A stretch of DNA of 64,000 nucleotides, from contig NC_042998.1 of NCBI RefSeq assembly GCF_006345805.1, forward strand, positions 195,610,001 through 195,674,000, in the 5' to 3' direction. Source of the DNA: Octopus sinensis (Eukaryota). Under the pieces are notes generated by a model. The model was not told the DNA's origin, did no database searches, and saw only the letters and a list, made by a program, of their open reading frames with translations. How positions within the stretch are numbered: position 1 is the first letter of the stretch; each line of letters opens with the position of its first letter. The position numbers were made by a program, and so were the translations under genes. This document shows, piece after piece, positions 26,164 through 37,266 of this stretch.

Positions 26164-26339
26164 TGTACATATATACGACGGGCTTCTTTCAGTTTCCGTG
26201 TACCAAATCCACCCACAAGGCTTTGGTCGGCCCAAGTCTACAGCAGAAGAACACTTGCCCAAGGTGCCACGCAATGGGACTGAACCCGGACCCATGTGGT
26301 TAGTCAGCAAGCTATTTGCCACACAGCCACTCCTGAGCC
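25770..26339 (-). mobile_element. SINE family C (CORE-like) with internal (TA)n
   Basis: Sense strand GTGGCTGTGTGG..GGGTTCAGTCCCA..GGCACCTTGGGCAAGTG (CORE-like motif), then an internal microsatellite, then a tail ending TGACTGAAACAAGTAAAAGAG. Other copies: 23147-23346, 23422-23787, 54517-54925, 55921-56216, 57375-57786, 58265-58720. Confidence 0.85.
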
Positions 26340-26698
26340 ATACTGTCTGTTTTTTTTTTTTTTGGTGGGGTGGGTCCAATTGTATAATACTTTCCTGGTT
26401 ATTTTGGCCAAGCCAAAGGGGAAAATCTTTGGTAACACCACTACTGGTCACTCTACTCGGATTTCCTTTATATTCCTCTTGATGCCTTCTAATACTCTCC
26501 CCAAGGATCCAACAATAATTGCCACTATCTTCATCTTCATTTCCCATAGCCGGGCTATTTCATACTTATAATAATTGTATACGTCCATTTTCTGCCTTCC
26601 TTCATTATTATTCATGGGTCAAAGTGGCACGCAGTATAGAGCACTTGTGGTACACCTTGTCCACCACCACTAGTTCCGGTTTGTTGATGTTGTTGCTG

Positions 26699-26798
<100 letters not shown>

Positions 26799-26822
26799 TA
26801 TTATTATTATATTATTATTATT

Positions 26823-27376
26823 GAGTGAGAGAGCAGTTCATGCCATCAAAGTGACACTGGGGTAAAATATACGAAGCCCAATATACCCATCATGACTACC
26901 CGTCTGATAAAGGTACACCAGGCACATGCATCACAACCATATGTGCGCGACATGGTGATCTCATATCAAGATAAACAGCACATGGCCTTGCAGGTGGGGC
27001 CCAGTTAGAATTTTCTTCAGGTTGAGTAGCCCATCCCGCTCAAACGGTCCCTGAATAAGGGTTGTTTAAGGATGTTGAAAGAACCACCCATGTTTCCAGA
27101 GGTGAATTATTCAAACCCCAAAGAATTCCTTTCAACACATGGCTATGATGCTCCCCCACTACTTCTGCTCGTGATCAGAGATGCACATATCGTCAGCCAC
27201 TAAGGGGCATGCTCAACTGGTTAAGGTCAAACAACTGACAAGCAAATCTGTGGTATTGAGCAGAATATTTGCTGTAGCCCATCTTTTATACCAAGACAAA
27301 ACAATGTACATGATAACACTTCCAATCAGTTAAGATCAGAAGCCATGAGAGCCACTGCCTGGTACTGCATCAGGGC

Positions 27377-27377
<1 letters not shown>
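26823..27377 (-). mobile_element. Element X copy 1: 555-bp non-coding repeat embedded in (TAA)n
   Basis: Plus strand GAGTGAGAGAGCAG...CTGCATCAGGGCA with (TTA)n on both sides; same ends and length as 29917-30471. Polarity is inferred from the truncated copy. Confidence 0.8.
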
Positions 27378-27418
<41 letters not shown>

Positions 27419-28377
27419 GTTTTTTCCTTTTTTTCTTCAAATTTTCTTCCGTTTCTCGCCGAGTGTTTTCCATACACATAGGACAGAGAAGCCCATTGTA
27501 TGCATTCCCAGATTACACACGCAGATTCACAGATAAAATATGTATTTAAAAATTAATAAATAAATAAATTCATGGATGAATGTTGTTTTCACAATGATAA
27601 TGCTCTTCTCAGTACATGAGCCGTTCCAGTTAACACGATTTTTTGCGCTTCCTGTAGGGATGGTAGGGATAGGTTTCAGTACCTTTTTTTATCATTCCTA
27701 GAGATCCTACAATCACTGGTACTGTAGTCGCCTTGAGATGCCACATTTTTTCAATTTCTATTAGCAGGTCTTTATATTTACTAATCTTGTCAAATTCTTT
27801 CGCCGCTATATTGTGATCGCAAGGGATACTCATGTCAATTAATAAACACATCTTTTTTTGTTTGATCTTTTATAATAATATCCGGTTTATTAGCTTTTAT
27901 AGTCTTGTCGGTCTGTACGGGGAAGTCCCATAGAATCGACACATTTTCTCCCTCAGTCACAGCTTCAGGGTGGTGTTTATACCATTTGTCAGCGGTTTTG
28001 ATTTTATAATACCGACATATTATCCAGTGTAAATACTGGCCGACTCTGTCATGTCTTGCTTTATATTCTGCAGGTGCTAAGATTCTACACCCTGAGATTA
28101 GGTGGTCTATTGTTTCAATCTCATCGTTACAGAATCGGCATTTGGGGTCAGCCCAATTTTTTATCACATTGGCTTGGTAGTTCCGGGTAAATAAGCTTTG
28201 GTCTTGAGCAGCTAATATGAAACCTTCACTCTCTGTTTTAAGCTCTGAGCTTCGTAACCATTGGTGTGTGTGTTTCTGGTCGACATCAGCTTGTTTGCTA
28301 CGGGCCACATACTTGCCATGGAGAGGTTTCTGTTCCCATCTGCTAGCTAAATTTAGCAAAATTTTCATGTACTTTTT
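27419..28377 (-). mobile_element. 5'-truncated R4/Dong-clade non-LTR retrotransposon (family A), RLE endonuclease C-terminus + 3'UTR
   Basis: RWEQKPLHGKY, CCHC knuckle CRFC..ETIDHLISGC, RHD, WDFPVQTD..NKPDIII, then after a frameshift CLLIDMSIP..KYKDL..MW..VIVGSLG, ending KIVLTGTAHVLRRALSL*. The 3'UTR runs directly into (TAA)n at 27418; (TAA)n also abuts the truncated 5' end. Confidence 0.88.
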
Positions 28378-28412
28378 ATTATTATTATCATTATTATTAT
28401 TATTATTATTAC

Positions 28413-28478
<66 letters not shown>

Positions 28479-28497
28479 CATTATTATTATTATTATT

Positions 28498-29520
28498 CAG
28501 TAGACTTATTTTTATCAAGTGCTTTCACTGCGCTATTGAGTGCAGCTCTGTGTGCCTTGGATATGTACAGTGGTTTGTTGTGGTGCTCTTATTTTCACTG
28601 TATTGAAAGTGTTTTGCGTAGGATGTGTGCAGTGCCTAGTAGTGTTATATATACTTGTAAGTCCTGGTGTTTTTGTTATGTATTTGTTTGAAAGTTTTTT
28701 TTTATCATGCCTAATGTGCCTACTATGATAGGAATTGTTTCTGCTTTTAGACTCCGCATTCGAGTAACCTCTTTTCCTAGATCTTTGTGTTTTGAACGTT
28801 TCTCCGTTTCTTTTAGAGAAACACTGTCATCTGTTGGTATCGATACATCGATTAGAAAGCATTGTTACCTTGGTGGTCTCTGACATCTATATCCGGCCTT
28901 TTGGCCTAAATTTCTCTGACTGTGTGTATTGCAGAGGTGGTTCTAGGTCATCAGCATCACTCGGACTCATCACAGATTTTGCATCAGACACATCTAGAGT
29001 CCAGTTAAGAATATTGTAGCTGTAACTTATAACTGGGACGGCTAGTGAGTTGATACCTATTATCTTGTTTTTCGCACTGAGCTCTGTTTTCAATATTAAT
29101 CTGACTCATCTATAGTATTCCTTTTTTATATCTTCTCTTTCAACTGTGTGTGTTGTATCGTATCTAGTTCATTGATTCCTAAGTATTTGTATATCTGGCT
29201 TTGGTCTAATTCTCTTCTTTCATTTGCTATTCTTTTTATCTACTGTTATGTTGCTACTAGTTTTCCTCTTTTCAGGTTGCTTTGGCGCATTTTTCTAAGC
29301 CAAATTTCATGTTTATTTCTTTGGTAAATCCATGTACTGTCTGTAGCAATGTTTCCATCTGTTTATTATTTGTAGCGTACAGTTCTAGGTCATCCAAATA
29401 CAAGAGATGGGCGATTTTTTTGCCGTAACAGTTGTATTCACACCCAGTTCTGTTTAGCATGTCGGATAAAGATGTCAGTGCCAAGCAGAAATAGAGTGGG
29501 GAGAGCATGTCTCCTCGGAA
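28498..29520 (-). mobile_element. 5'-truncated, internally deleted R4/Dong-clade LINE (family B): RT fragment fused to RLE C-terminus + 3'UTR
   Basis: RT motifs FRGDMLSPLYFCL, HLLYLDDLELY, MKFGLEKCA, YKYLGINE, NKIIGINSLAVPVISYS; jump near 28990 to the EI.A.RPDI.VRDH..FLIDVSIPTD..LLGTAHILRKTLSIQ* region. Flanked on both sides by (TAA)n. Confidence 0.82.
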
Positions 29521-29563
<43 letters not shown>

Positions 29564-29899
29564 GAGTGAGAGAGCAGTGCATGCCATCAAAGTGACACTG
29601 GGGTAAAATATACGAAGCCCAATATACCCATCATGACTACCCGTCTGATAAGGGTACACCAGGCACATGCATCACAACCATATGTGCGCGACATGGTGAT
29701 CTCATATCAAGATAAACAGCACATGACCTTGCAGGTGGGGCCCAGTTAGAATTTTCTTCAGGTTGAGTAGCCCATCCCGCTCAAAAGGTCCCTGATTAAG
29801 GGTTGTTTAAGGATGTTGAAAGAACCACCCATGTTTCCAGAGGTGAATTATTCAAACCCCAAAGAATCCCCCTCAACACATGGCTATGATGCTCCCCCA
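29564..29899 (-). mobile_element. Element X copy 2 (truncated, 336 bp)
   Basis: Keeps the GAGTGAGAG end, stops at GATGCTCCCCCA; (TTA)n on both sides. Confidence 0.8.
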
Positions 29900-29916
29900 T
29901 TATTATTATTATTATT

Positions 29917-30579
<663 letters not shown>

Positions 30580-30620
30580 GTTGTTGTTATTATTATTATT
30601 ATTATCATTCAGTAGTTTTA

Positions 30621-30663
<43 letters not shown>

Positions 30664-30741
30664 GTTATTATTATTATTATTATTATTATTAATATTATTA
30701 TTATTATTATTGTTGTTATTATTATTATTATTATTATCATT

Positions 30742-30951
30742 CAGTAGTTTTATTTTTATAACGTGCTTTCACTTCACTACAGAGCGCAGCTCTGTGTGCC
30801 TTGGGTATGTACTGTGATTTGTTGTGATGCTCTTATGGTTACTGTATTGAAAGTGTTTTTTGCGTATGCCCAGTAGTATAATTTTCTGTATGCTATATAT
30901 ATTTGTAAGTCCTGGTGTTTTTGGTATGTATTTGTCTGAATATTTGTCTGA
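30742..30951 (-). mobile_element. 3' end fragment of R4/Dong family B
   Basis: Clear similarity to 28498-28700 (CAGTAG..GTGCTTTCAC..GCAGCTCTGTGTGCCTTGG..GTAAGTCCTGGTGTTTTTG); abuts (TAA)n on its 3' side. Confidence 0.8.
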
Positions 30952-31239
30952 ATGTTTCCAGAGGTGAATTATTCAAACCCCAAAGAATCCTTCTCAACAC
31001 ATGGCTATGATGCTCCCCCACTACTTCTGCTCGTGATTAGAGATGCACATATCGTCAGCCACTAAGGGACATGCTCAACTGGTTAAGGTCAAACAACTGA
31101 CAAGCAAATCTGTGGTATTGAGCAGAATATTTGCTGTAGCCCATCTTTTATACCAAGACAAAACAATGTACATGATAACACTTCCAATCAGTTAAGATCA
31201 GAAGCCATGAGAGCCACTGCCTGGTACTGCATCAGGGCA
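30952..31239 (-). mobile_element. Element X copy 4 (CAGGGCA-end half, fused to the family B tail)
   Basis: Matches the right-hand half of X; joined without (TAA)n to 30742-30951. Confidence 0.75.
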
Positions 31240-31263
31240 TGCTCCCCCACTACTTCTGCTCGT

Positions 31264-31339
<76 letters not shown>

Positions 31340-31576
31340 CAAGGCAGCGAGCTGACAGAATCGTTAGCACGCTGGGAAAAATGCTTAGCGATATTTCGCC
31401 CGCCACTATGTTCTGAGTTCAAATTCCACCGCGGTCGACTTTGCCTTTCATTATTTCGGGGTCGATAAATCAAGTAAGAGGGAAATGCTGTAGTCGGTGT
31501 AATCGACTATTCTCCCTCCCGCAAAATATCAGGTCTTGTGCCTGTAGTAGAAAGGGTTATTATTATTATTACTATT

Positions 31577-32097
31577 GAGTACACGCCATCGAAGTGATGG
31601 TGGGTACAAATATACGAAACCCGGTATAAGCTTGATGACTACCCGTCTGATAAGGGTACATTAAGTACATGCAACACAACTATAGATGCGTGACATGGTG
31701 ACCACATATGAAGAAAAACAACGCATGACCTTGCAGGTGGGGGCCCAGTTAGAATTTTCTTCGGGTGGAGAATCTCATCCCGCTCAAAAGGTCCCCGAAT
31801 AAGGGTGATGAATGAAACACCCATGTTTCCAAGGGTGATTTTATTCAAACTCCAACAGAATCCCTCTCAACACATGGCTATGACACTTTCCTACTGCTCC
31901 TGCTCGTCATCCGAGATACACATATCGTGAGCCACTAAGGTCAAGCAACTGAAAAAGCAAATCTGTGGTACTGAGCAGAATGATGGGCTGTAGCCCAACT
32001 TTTACACCAAGGCAAAAAAATGTATATGTTAACACTTCCAATCAGTTAAGATCAAAAGCCAAGAAAGCCACCGTTTGTTTTTTTTTACATGAGGGCA
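31577..32097 (-). mobile_element. Element X copy 5 (old, diverged)
   Basis: Colinear similarity to X (GACTACCCGTCTGATAAGGGTAC, GACCTTGCAGGTGGGGGCCCAGTTAGAATTTTCTTC, AACACTTCCAATCAGTTAAGATCA) with many substitutions and indels; short TTA run on its left. Confidence 0.7.
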
Positions 32098-32466
32098 TTT
32101 GTTAGCGCTATTTTTCTGGCTCTTTAAATTTTGAGTGCAAATTCCGACGAGATCAACTTTAACTTTCTTCCTTCCGGATTCGGAAAAAGAAAGAACCAGT
32201 CAAGAACTGGGTTAAACCTCTTCCTCTACATAACTTCTGTAGCCTTATGCCTCTATGAAGAAGACAGCGAGTCCCGCAATCTTTTCTTTGTCGTGTCTCG
32301 TCCCATGTAGTGGGTGTTATTGGGGGACTTTGGGGCAAACCAAATACCCAATATGAGGAGTGCGGCAGGCGGGAAGAGAAGTGATGAATTCTAGCCCGAC
32401 GTAACCAATGCGTTCTTATCCGTGTGGGGTAGATTTTAGGGGTAGTCCTAAATGTTTCTGTATATA

Positions 32467-33865
32467 TCAGGTCATCCCATAAGTTCTGTCCGAATTTTGA
32501 ATAAGGAAAACAAGTGATCAAATGTTATATTTAATTGAAATTTAATCATCAATGTAATTTGCCTGCTTATCTGTGACTTCCTTCCATCTATTTACAAGCT
32601 TTTTAATCCCATCAATGTAAAACTCTTTTGGTTTCAAAGCGAAGATCTCTGAAATATCAGTTTCGACCTCCTCCTGGCTTGCGAAAGTTATGTCCCCTAA
32701 ATGATTCTGTAAACTACGAAACAAATGGTAGTCTGAAGGAGCAAGGACTGGAGAATAAGGTGGATGAGGAATTTTTTCCGCCGAGATCAACTTTAACTTT
32801 CTTCCTTCCGGATTCGGAAAAAGAAAGAACCAGTCAAGAACTGGGTCAAACCTCTTCCTCTACATAACTTCTGTAGCCTTATGCCTCTATGAAGAAGATC
32901 TTCTGTAATGTGATCTTTGCAGTGTGGGGTCGCGCATTGTCCTGATGAAACATCACTGCTTTTCGATTCACTAAAGCGGGTCTTTTTTTTTTCTTCAAAG
33001 CTTGGTTCAAACGCTCTAATTGCTGACAGTAGACTTGAGCATTGATTGTTGTATTAGGTGGTAACAATTCAAGGTGAATTACTCCTTTGCAATCCCACCA
33101 GATAGAGAGAAGAACTTTTTTTTTCCATGAAATTCCCTTCTCGGTTGTGGTTGAGCTTTTCCCCTTTTACCAAGCCACTTTTTACGACGTTTAACATTTC
33201 AATAGAAGATCCATCTTTCGTCATCAGTCACAAGTCTATCCAAAAAGGTTGAAATGAGTTCGCGAGAATGGAGAGAAGAGTAAATGCCAACTCGGGATTT
33301 GCGGTTGCTTTCAGACAATTCATGAGGCACACATTTTCCAAGTTTAGGAACCTTTCCAAGTTGTTGAAGATGATGTTGAACAGTTGTATGGTTTGAACTA
33401 AGCTTTATTGCCAATTCTTCAACTGATAATGCAGGATTTTCTTCAAGCAATGCCTCAAAGAGCTTATCATCAAACTCAAATGGACGTCCTGTTTGATCTT
33501 CATCTTCAAGGCTGAAATCTCCACTTCTGAATTTTGCAAACCATTTTCTGCAAGTTCTTTCATTCAAGCATTCTTTCTCATAAACTGAGTGTATATCTCA
33601 AGTCGCTTCGACTGTAGAGTTTCCTTTTTTGTACTCATAAAGCATTATGTGCCTTAAATGCTCTTTGGATACTTGCATGTTAGAAAGGGTTTTAATCAAA
33701 GAAATTTTAATTCTATTATTCTGTAAAATAATATCTAATTAGTTTAAATGTACACAAATGCATAAAAATAATTTTTAATTCCATTAGACATTCTAAAATA
33801 CTTTTAAATTTCATCCAATTTAAAAAAAAAAGGTAAAATCGGACAGAACTTATGGGATGACCTGA
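32467..33865 (-). mobile_element. Full-length, inactivated mariner (Tc1/mariner, D,D34D type) DNA transposon
   Basis: Perfect 27-bp TIRs TCAGGTCATCCCATAAGTTCTGTCCGA (32467-32493 and 33839-33865) flanked by TA on both sides; transposase motifs inside. Confidence 0.95.
32542..33678 (-). pseudogene. Mariner transposase pseudogene
   Basis: Begins MQVSKEHLRHIMLYEYKKG; HTH region WFAKFRSGDFSLEDEDQTGRP; CVPHEL (WVPHEL-like), VTDDERWIFY, HQDNARPH, PHPPYSPVLAPSDYHLF. Broken by TGA at 33598-33600 and 33199-33201, a frameshift in the A9 run near 33120, and an insertion at 32776-32898. Confidence 0.93.
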
Positions 33866-35046
33866 TACTTCTTAACCTTTTGCCTCTCCTGTGTATCACG
33901 TGACACACACGACGTCTTTCGCTGGTACCCATGTATCACATATACCACACACATTCCCAAATACTTTTTTTACATCCATCAGAGTATGAAACAAGAGCTT
34001 ACTACAAGTTTGAAAACATTTCTAACAAACTGAGTAAAGGGTTAAAAAACATATCTTGTTTCACTTGTGTTTATTTTATTTATTTAACATTTGCCTGTAT
34101 GTTTATGCAATTTTTAAAGAGTCTTCTCTGTCCCTCACGCACCCTTTCGTTTTCATATAAATTTATCTTATTCATCCTTGTATATTTTTATGACACCAGC
34201 ACCAAGCAGCCAGTTTTAAGCTTTCAAATTTTGAATGTACGTATGAATGAAGTTGAAAAATAATGGCATTCAATGGCTAAATAAAGAACAGACTGTTTAT
34301 ATATTCATTTATTTATTTATTTATTCATTTATTTACTTACTTATTTGGTGAAAAACGAGTAATAGAATTTAGTTAATAGATTTTCTACATATTACTCTGT
34401 ATTTCAACTCTGCCTAGCAAAAACAATGGTTGAAGTGTATGAAGTAAGAAAAAGACTTACTGTTAGAGACAACTGCCTCTTGGTACAGAGTGGAACTACA
34501 CACACACCACTGTCTCTCTTTATCTCTCTCTCTTTATTTATCTATCTATCTATTAGCTCTTTGTCTCTTTCTCTTTATTTATCTATCTATCTATTAGCTC
34601 TTTGTCTCTCTCTCTTTATTTATCTATCTATCTATCAGTTCTCTCTCTCTCTTCTTCCAAGGATGTTACTTAAAGCTGACACAGCTAGCAGCACGTAATC
34701 TGAGTTGATGCTTACATAGAGCATCGTTAAACTTGTCTCATGTACTCACATACACGAGCACTCCGCACAAAAACATACACTACACATTTTCCTCCCCCTC
34801 CCCCTCCTTCCCTTCTTCTCTCTTTCTTTCTTACTTTCTTCCTCTCTCTCTCTCTCTCTCTCTCTCTCACCGTCTGTCTTTCTGTCTGTCTCTTTCTACA
34901 CACGCGGCCGCAATCACACATGTATACAAAACACATTCACATACGTACGCGTGTACGAGCGTACAAATGCTATAAGATACAAGACATTACATTCCGGAAA
35001 CTACCAATACCATCCCCCCACAGCTCTCCCCTCAAAAGGCATTTCC

Positions 35047-35100
<54 letters not shown>

Positions 35101-35199
35101 TACATACATACATACATACATACAATAATACATATACATGGATGAAGAAACGGTATTTTTGAAGATTAAGTAGGAAAAGGAGAAAATGGCAGAAGTTAT

Positions 35200-35337
35200 T
35201 TGCGTACGAAGTTCAAAAAGTTCAGATGCGCGTGCGCAAACATAAACAGACGCGCGCACAGACACACGATAGTTAAGTAAATAATATTATTTGCGCGGGA
35301 ACTGCAAGCACATGCATTTTACTGGTATTGTGTAAAT
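35200..35337 (+). promoter_or_regulatory. Putative promoter/5'UTR of the CCP-SRCR gene
   Basis: Local CpG cluster with TGCGCGTGCGCA (35227-35238, NRF1-like palindrome) and a 7-codon uORF at 35312-35335 just upstream of the ATG. Position-based inference only. Confidence 0.3.
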
Positions 35338-37266
35338 ATGGCAGGAGAACTTCTGGTTTTGTTAATTGCCATTTCTGTAGACTTTAGCCAGGCTGGAATA
35401 ACAAATCATTCGTTTGGAAGACACAGTTTTGAAAATGATAAGAATTTCAATGATCCAACATTAAAAGAAAAGAGTACCGGGGGAGAAATATTGAACACCA
35501 TTGAGACTACGATTTATGGAGGGAATCACCCAGGAGGAGACATTGACGAGGAAAATATTCGTAGCAGCAATGAAGGAGAACAGAATAAAATGGAAATAGC
35601 ATCAGGCGAATCAGCAACAGTTCCAGAATATACCAAATATATGAACGAAGGCAGTGGAGATCAATACTCGAATCAGTCCTACACAGTTTTCCAAGATAAA
35701 TCTTTACAAATTAGTTTACAACCATTTCATGGATCGGTGAGCGTTAATTACACTTTTCTGAAAGAGAAACCAGAGCTTATTCAGTGCCATGTAATTAGCA
35801 GACGAAACGAGCGATTCATTGAAACTTTAATGAGTTTAATCAACTGCGGACATTTCCCGGAAATACCAAACGGAAAATTTGTTTTTGCACTCGGTCATTC
35901 TCCGGATGATATTATTTCAAGAGTTTTATGTGACCGCTATTATATTCGTGTAGGAGAGGCTAACGGTGATCTTCGCTGTCGGAAAGGAGTTTGGTACCAT
36001 AACGCCACATGTGAAATTGTGAAATGTTTAAGAAAACTCCAAGTGCCCTCCAATGGTCGGAAAGTATCGAAAACTGGGAATACAGTCAATTCTACAATAA
36101 CGTTTTCTTGTCAGTATGGTTACAAGTTGTTTGGAAACAAAACCTTGGTGTGTGGCGAAGATGGAAACTGGATGGGTACGTTCCCTTCTTGTCAATTAGT
36201 GAAATGTCCCAAACCTCAGCTGCCAGATCATGGATTTATTGAAAAAGATAAACAGGAAACCGTTTTCAATACGACACTTGTCTATCGATGTAGGGAAGGA
36301 TATAGTCTTGTTGGTTCATCGCATATCACGTGTCAAGCTGACGGAAAGTGGAACAGAGAGTTTCCTGTTTGTAAACAAGTTTGCTTGATTCCAGATATAA
36401 AAGGACTAACGAAGCCGTTGTGGTTATTACCAACCTTTAAAGCATTGAATACTTCAGCGGAGATATCTTATGGACAGCAAATAATTTACTCATGCAAAAA
36501 ACGTTTCAAAAATGCCTATGAAGGAGCTATTACATGCATTAATGGAATTTGGGTCCCAGCTATATTTTGCATCAGGTCTTCTGCATGTGTGGAACCGAAA
36601 ACACCAAAGCATGCAATAATTGTCTATCAAATTGGTAGGGCCTTTGTACAGTATGATTGCAAGAAAGGCTATCAGATATCGAACACAGATCTCCGAATTT
36701 GTTCTCGCAGACGCACATGGTCTCATCCAGTTCCAGAATGCGTGAAATCTTGTGAGCTTCCTAAAATCTTTGGAATGAAAGATGCAGAATTCGACTTCAA
36801 ATACAATAAGACTAAAACTAGGTCTTTATATGAAATTTTCCTGACGTATTCCTGTAAAAACGATTTCAGAAAACCAAAAGAAATTCAACCTAAATGTCTT
36901 AATGCAACTTGGAATCCATTGCCACGGTGTGTTCCGGCTAATGTTAGACTCAGCTATACGTTTGGTGAAACCATCGGAGTTGCAGAAATCTTCAGTGATG
37001 GCACTTGGGGAGGTGTCTGCGATCATTTTTACGTTGGTGTTGGCAGATGGGGTAAATCCGAATCAAAAGTATTTTGCCGAATGCTAGGTTTCAAAAACGG
37101 CCAAAAGTTAAGATCCTACAGTTCTTCAGGAGTTCGAGCCAAATTCATGGGTATTGCGTGTTCTGGCGATGAAGAAAGCATCCTACAGTGCCGAACTAAA
37201 CAAGCAAATGTGTTTTGTACAGACTTAGTGGTTGTTTCATGCCGGGGATATATTTTCCCTGAATAA
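35338..37266 (+). CDS. Intronless secreted protein: signal peptide + acidic N-terminal region + 6 CCP/sushi domains + C-terminal SRCR (group A, 6-Cys) domain, 642 aa
   Basis: Uninterrupted 1929-bp non-repetitive ORF. In-frame upstream stop TAA at 35278-35280; start context AAT-ATG-G. Hydrophobic N-terminus MAGELLVLLIAISVDFSQA. Six C..C..C..W..C modules at aa 170-225, 230-285, 290-345, 349-411, 417-468 and 472-531 (e.g. CPKPQLPDHG..YRCREGYSLVGSSHITCQADGKWNREFPVC). SRCR at aa 536-635 (VRL..G.AEIFSDGTWGGVCD..W..SESKVFCRMLGF..IACSGDEESILQC..C..VVVSC). Ten N-X-S/T sequons; no transmembrane segment. Confidence 0.92.
   Translation: MAGELLVLLIAISVDFSQAGITNHSFGRHSFENDKNFNDPTLKEKSTGGEILNTIETTIYGGNHPGGDIDEENIRSSNEGEQNKMEIASGESATVPEYTKYMNEGSGDQYSNQSYTVFQDKSLQISLQPFHGSVSVNYTFLKEKPELIQCHVISRRNERFIETLMSLINCGHFPEIPNGKFVFALGHSPDDIISRVLCDRYYIRVGEANGDLRCRKGVWYHNATCEIVKCLRKLQVPSNGRKVSKTGNTVNSTITFSCQYGYKLFGNKTLVCGEDGNWMGTFPSCQLVKCPKPQLPDHGFIEKDKQETVFNTTLVYRCREGYSLVGSSHITCQADGKWNREFPVCKQVCLIPDIKGLTKPLWLLPTFKALNTSAEISYGQQIIYSCKKRFKNAYEGAITCINGIWVPAIFCIRSSACVEPKTPKHAIIVYQIGRAFVQYDCKKGYQISNTDLRICSRRRTWSHPVPECVKSCELPKIFGMKDAEFDFKYNKTKTRSLYEIFLTYSCKNDFRKPKEIQPKCLNATWNPLPRCVPANVRLSYTFGETIGVAEIFSDGTWGGVCDHFYVGVGRWGKSESKVFCRMLGFKNGQKLRSYSSSGVRAKFMGIACSGDEESILQCRTKQANVFCTDLVVVSCRGYIFPE

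Noticed and set aside
35338-37266. Naming the gene as factor H, CR1, SVEP1, CSMD or a lysyl oxidase, or calling it viral
   Set aside because: The architecture (6 CCP + 1 terminal SRCR, no vWA/EGF/CUB/LOX/TM) fits none of these; there are no neighbouring viral genes, and it carries an animal-type SRCR domain.
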